In this document: positions 63,668-64,000 of the stretch, piece after piece | Layout: each line of letters starts with the position of its first letter | Position numbering within the stretch: position 1 is the first letter of the stretch | NCBI GenBank assembly: GCA_976551045.1 | Contig: CDPCPM010000164.1 | Span: forward strand, 6,696,001-6,760,000 | DNA: 64,000 nucleotides | DNA from: Glaucostegus cemiculus | Taxonomy: Eukaryota | Reading direction: 5' to 3' | Notes under the pieces: model-generated | Seen by the model: only the letters and a program-made list of their open reading frames with translations | The model's database searches: none | What the model was told of the DNA's origin: nothing | Translations under genes and position numbers: made by a program

Positions 63668-64000
63668 TGGGGAGGAAACATCAAGTATAACACTGAAGAA
63701 CAAAATCAGAATTAACACTTAACTACACTGCTAATGTGCACTGTTATCTTCAGTTTAATAGTTGTCAAAATAGAGAGGTGAGAATCAATTCTATTCTTAT
63801 CCATGAATTCCTTCTCCCAAAATCTTCTCAAAAGAAGTTCCATCAACTCTATCTTCAAGTTCTGAAATTCAAAGCTTATGTGATAGCTTGACTTACTTGG
63901 TTGCACTCTTGCCTCTGAATCTAAAGTCGCTGTGATAAATTTTATTCCAGGACTTTGAAACAGGACACAGGCTAGCACTTCATTGAAGTGCTGAGAAAGT

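Noticed and set aside
63712-63978. 88-aa minus ORF as the next upstream GPAM exon
   Set aside because: No resemblance to the expected ..ILQEMVA..SPAMIR segment; that exon appears to lie outside the window.

Overview
Eukaryotic vertebrate DNA, AT-rich and dense in retrotransposons. The repeat set (V-SINEs, CR1, Rex1/Babar, Tx1, RTE, Penelope-like elements) points to a cartilaginous fish, probably a ray; this is an inference. The right third holds the last 16 coding exons of GPAM (mitochondrial glycerol-3-phosphate acyltransferase 1) on the minus strand, 61711->44625. All splice sites are GT-AG and the phases join into one open frame of about 635 codons. A probable ~4.5-kb 3'UTR follows, and the 5' exons lie beyond the window. 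The left ~40 kb is intergenic and I found no host gene there. Highlights: (1) a ~1-kb non-coding element with a YY1-motif head, a CpG-rich 35-bp minisatellite and a Rex1-type 3' tail, inserted antisense into the RT of its likely partner LINE in a three-level nest; (2) many Penelope-type minimal hammerhead ribozyme motifs, one intact, often in fold-back units and with a variable extra core nucleotide; (3) GPAM peculiarities, namely an intron splitting what I recall as one 190-nt human exon, a possibly shifted acceptor and a basic-to-Met change after motif III. Human comparisons and repeat family names are from memory; no searches were run, and repeat boundaries are approximate.
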